NCBI GenBank assembly: GCA_016748015.1
Contig: JAAOMT010000003.1
Span: forward strand, 376,373 to 440,372
Source: Geosiphon pyriformis uo1
Taxonomy: Eukaryota; Fungi; Glomeromycota
Direction: 5' to 3'
DNA: 64,000 nt
The notes beneath the pieces are model-generated. The model saw nothing but the letters and a program-made list of their open reading frames with translations, had not been told where the DNA came from and searched no databases. Within the stretch, counting starts at the first letter, position 1. Each line of letters opens with the position of its first letter. The position numbers were made by a program, and so were the translations under genes. This document shows positions 60,498 through 64,000 of the stretch, in pieces.

Positions 60498-63400
60498 ACG
60501 CCATTTTTTCTTTGTCGGCTGAATCCATAGCTACTTGCCAGTAATCACTATCCAAGTCTAACATTGAGAACCATTTGTTTCCACTGAAAGTGTCAAATAG
60601 TTCTTGTATTCATGGAGTTGGATAGCTGTCTCCACGAGTTACACTATTGAGTTTCCTGTAGTCTACACAAAATAAGATTTTTCTATTCTTCTTATGGACA
60701 AGTACTACTGGTGACAACCATGGGCTTATTGATGGCTGAATTAATCTGTTGTCAAGCATTCAGTTGATCTCTTAACAGATGATTTTATGGCTGGCTGGTG
60801 GTACCTTATATGCTCACTGTTTGATTGGCATTGTATCTCCAGTCTTAATCTGATGCTGGATAATATCAGTTCTGCAAAATTTGTTTTTACTGGCAAAGAT
60901 GTTATTGAAATTATTGAGTAACATCTTTAGTTGCATCTGTTAAAGTGGGTCTAGATTTCCCATGTTCATCTGTTCCAATTGTTCTGGCTGTAACAGATAA
61001 CATTTGTTTTGTCCATAGATGGTTTGTGATATAATGTCCATATATCTACAAAGCTGTGAAAAATCTGGAATGCTGCTTGGTGCTTGATCTTTAATTTCTG
61101 TGGTTAAATATCTGAGAATGGTTCCTTCTGGTATCTCTACAATATTTCCAGTGTTGTTGTAGATGGGAATTTTGATATGGTTATGGCTCTTGGCTGGTAT
61201 GTATAGATTGATAAGTCCAATTTCTCCTGATTTACAAAAAATTGCTTCTGCTTCAAAAATCTGTTTTTGCTTCTTCTCTCTCCTTTCTATTGCTAACATG
61301 TATTGGCTATATAGTGGAATGGAAATTGTTTGACTGGTTGAGATAATTTCTCCTTGGCCAATAATTTCTTTTTCCACCATATTGACTGGTACATCTATTC
61401 TACCTGTGGATCCAAATTTCTGTATCCTTCTTGCTGTTATCCCTAATTCTTTTCTGTTTCTCACTGGCACTAATTGAACTACTTTAACCAGAGACAGGAA
61501 TATTGTCTGTGCTATCTTTTCATTTGGCTCTATAATATAGGTTTTTTCTGAGTCATTTTGTAATATGGTGATAATATTTCCTACATATCCCATGTCAATT
61601 ATTCCTCCTCTGATATTTATCCCTCTTTTTGTTAGACTACTCCTAAATGCTAATTGAACTATTGTTGTTGTCAGAATTTCTAGTGCTATTTTCAAATTAA
61701 TACAGGTATGTGAATGTGGTTCCAATTTGATAGCATTTTTTCCTGAATACCTCAGATCAAATCCGGCATCAGTATCATGTGCACGTTTTGGCATGATACC
61801 TTCATTGTTATCACTGAACCATTTAAGTTTTTGTTTCTTTGTAAGGTTAGGAATTGCAATATATTGTTCATATTTTAAATCGGAGTTTAAATCTGAGTTG
61901 GAATCATTATTGTCATTATTGTCATATTAGACAGAGCTGGAACTGGTGTTTTTATCATCATCATTGTCGGAGTTTGAATTGGGATCGAACAGTAATTCTG
62001 ATTCTAATGTGCAGCTGTTAATTGGTTCTTCCTCTTCTGGGATCATGTAGATTATGCGTGGTAGTGAATTGTAGATAAAATCACACTTATTACAATACTT
62101 AAAGTCACTGAGGATTAAACAATGGTGATACAGTCTTGTATTTAATTGTTCTAGCCATTGTTTTTGCCCTTCCTTAGTGGGAGCTAATTCTTGGTAGTGT
62201 TCATGGAATTGTTCTGGATCTAAAAGATTTATAACTGGTTCTGAGTCCCAATCAAGTTCTATGAGTTCTGGTGAGTTGTTTTTAACTGTCCTGATTTCTT
62301 CTAGCGATGTGCCTTCAATTTTGGCAAGTGCCATTTGCCATATTTTGTTGTTATCATGTGGACAACTGTCTAATCGATGCACAGTCTTTCTCCAAGCAGC
62401 TTCGATTGGTGTCTCTTTCCTAATCCAGTCACTAATGAGAATTGTGTATTGGCACAATTCATCACATGTTTTCTCTCTCCTAGGAATGTCATTCCACATT
62501 TCTTTGTTGAAGAGAGTTTCTCCATAAGCTAAACATGGTGTATTATCTCATTTTCCCACTCATTTTGGTCTTCCAAAGTGTTTAACGAAGCATGCATGGC
62601 AATAGAACTTAGTTGCCATCTGGTATTCCTCATTGTTGCCACAGCATGCACCCATTGATGACAATTTCTTGTTACAATCAGCACATATTAGCTTTGGACA
62701 ATGATAGGTGGATCATTGTGGTATAGTGTAAGCATAGGGGTTATAAGTGGTGGTGGTTACTTCTTTTTCCTTTTCTTTTTCTTTTCTCTTTGTGTTCCCT
62801 TTCTCCCATACCCAGCTTGTTATTGGTTTGCTTTTATTGTGGTCAGTCCAGGTCAGATCATCTGTCTCTCAGATAGGTTCTTTTCTTTGTTTACCCTTTC
62901 TGTTATTATCCTATGAGAGTATTGGCGGCAGCTCATTGTGTTCTTCATTGGCCCACAAGATTTGATACACTTTCCAGATAGGTTTTGGTTTTTTTTCTTC
63001 GAAGTCAATTAGTAGTGCTATGGTGTTGGTAGCCTTGAAGTGACCACACATTCCTGGTATTCGTGTGTGTCGACCATTTTGGCTCAGCTAAAGTTCTTGT
63101 ATGTTCCAATCTAGTGTTATATTAGTCTTGAACAGCCAGTCATTCCTAATGAGTGCTTGGTATTGAGTGGCTTCTATCACCAGAACTTTGATGAGTACTA
63201 CAATGCCATTGACTTCAATTGAGAAGTCATTGATTTTGCCAATTGGGGTTTTGGTGGCTCCATCCATAGTGATAATCCTGGCACTGGCAGTGCAATCAAT
63301 TCAGTAACCTAATTGATTTATGAGTTGTCATGTAATGATGCTGCCTGCTGAACCACTGTCAAGGATTAATTTGATGAAGTAGCCATTAACTTTGGCATTA

Positions 63401-64000
63401 GTATACATGGCAGTAATTAGTTTCTCTTCAAGTACAGCTCTACTGAATAATGGTGTATTTGACAGTTCTTTGAATTTGAATAAGAAGATGGCATCCAAAA
63501 ATTCATTTTTGGTAATTGTAGTAAGTAGAATATTATTGGTATGTGGTTGTTGTTGTTCAATTCCTGGATTGCTAGATGTGGCGTCTTCTGGAGTTACCAG
63601 AAGGCTTAAATAGGGTTGGGAATTCAGGTTTTGGGTGGAACTGGTGTCCAAATTCTGCTGACAAGATTCTGATTGTTGGTGGAAAGAGCTGGGGATTGGT
63701 TGATATACAACCATCGCCGATCTCTAGTTTTGGGTGATCCTCAATCTTGGGTTCCCTGATGTTATTTGAGCTGGGTTTGCTGGTAATGTTTGAATGGTGG
63801 GTGTTTGATAAATTGCTGGTGGCTGTGGTTGATATATTACTTGTGACTACACCTGATAAATTGCTTGTGGTAGCGGTTAATAAACTGGAGTTTGATAAAC
63901 TGGTGGTTGATAAATTGGTTGGTGTGTCATAGGCAGGTAAGTGGGTTGGTATTGGTCTTGATTTGGGTGATAGTTTGGAGTCTGGAACCAGCAATCAGGG

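Larger units (their letters stand above)
55570..64000 (-). mobile_element. LTR-4: dUTPase Ty3/Gypsy element inserted in the 5' LTR of LTR-2; continues beyond window
   Basis: 3' LTR 55570-56409, PPT 56410-56424, ORF3 56423-57052, IN 57107-58490, RNase H about 58552-59000, RT (YLDDT near 59345) split by solo LTR-b, dUTPase 60940-61794, PR LILDSGSAGS about 63350. Confidence 0.9.

Overview
AT-rich, intron-containing fungal genomic DNA. Gene and transposon style suggest a Glomeromycota/Mucoromycota fungus, possibly Geosiphon-like (inference only). Bases 1-8 kb hold compact housekeeping genes: the 3' end of RSE1/SF3B3, CAF1/POP2, NIF3 and ATP4. An SPX-domain low-affinity phosphate transporter (PHO91/PHO87-like, 21.7-24.6 kb) sits as an island among transposon debris. 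The rest is a nested retroelement stack: APE-RT-RNase H LINEs, four dUTPase-bearing Ty3/Gypsy elements (LTR-1 10715-16405, LTR-2 35142-55569+, LTR-3 38398-48304, LTR-4 55570-64000+) and two solo LTRs, all decayed by C>T/G>A transitions. The Gypsy lineage shares an organisation resembling complex retroviruses. (i) Gag has a long AUG-depleted N-terminal extension starting at a conserved GUG. (ii) A multi-Cys domain and a dUTPase plus a degenerate dUTPase-like domain lie between protease and RT. (iii) Pol stops right after RNase H, and integrase is a separate downstream ORF. (iv) A conserved ~210-aa non-env third ORF ends at the PPT, with a TATA box in front of it in two families. (v) U5 carries an anti-PBS hairpin, and U3 carries family-specific tandem arrays. 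All translations and alignments were done by eye; no database searches were run.
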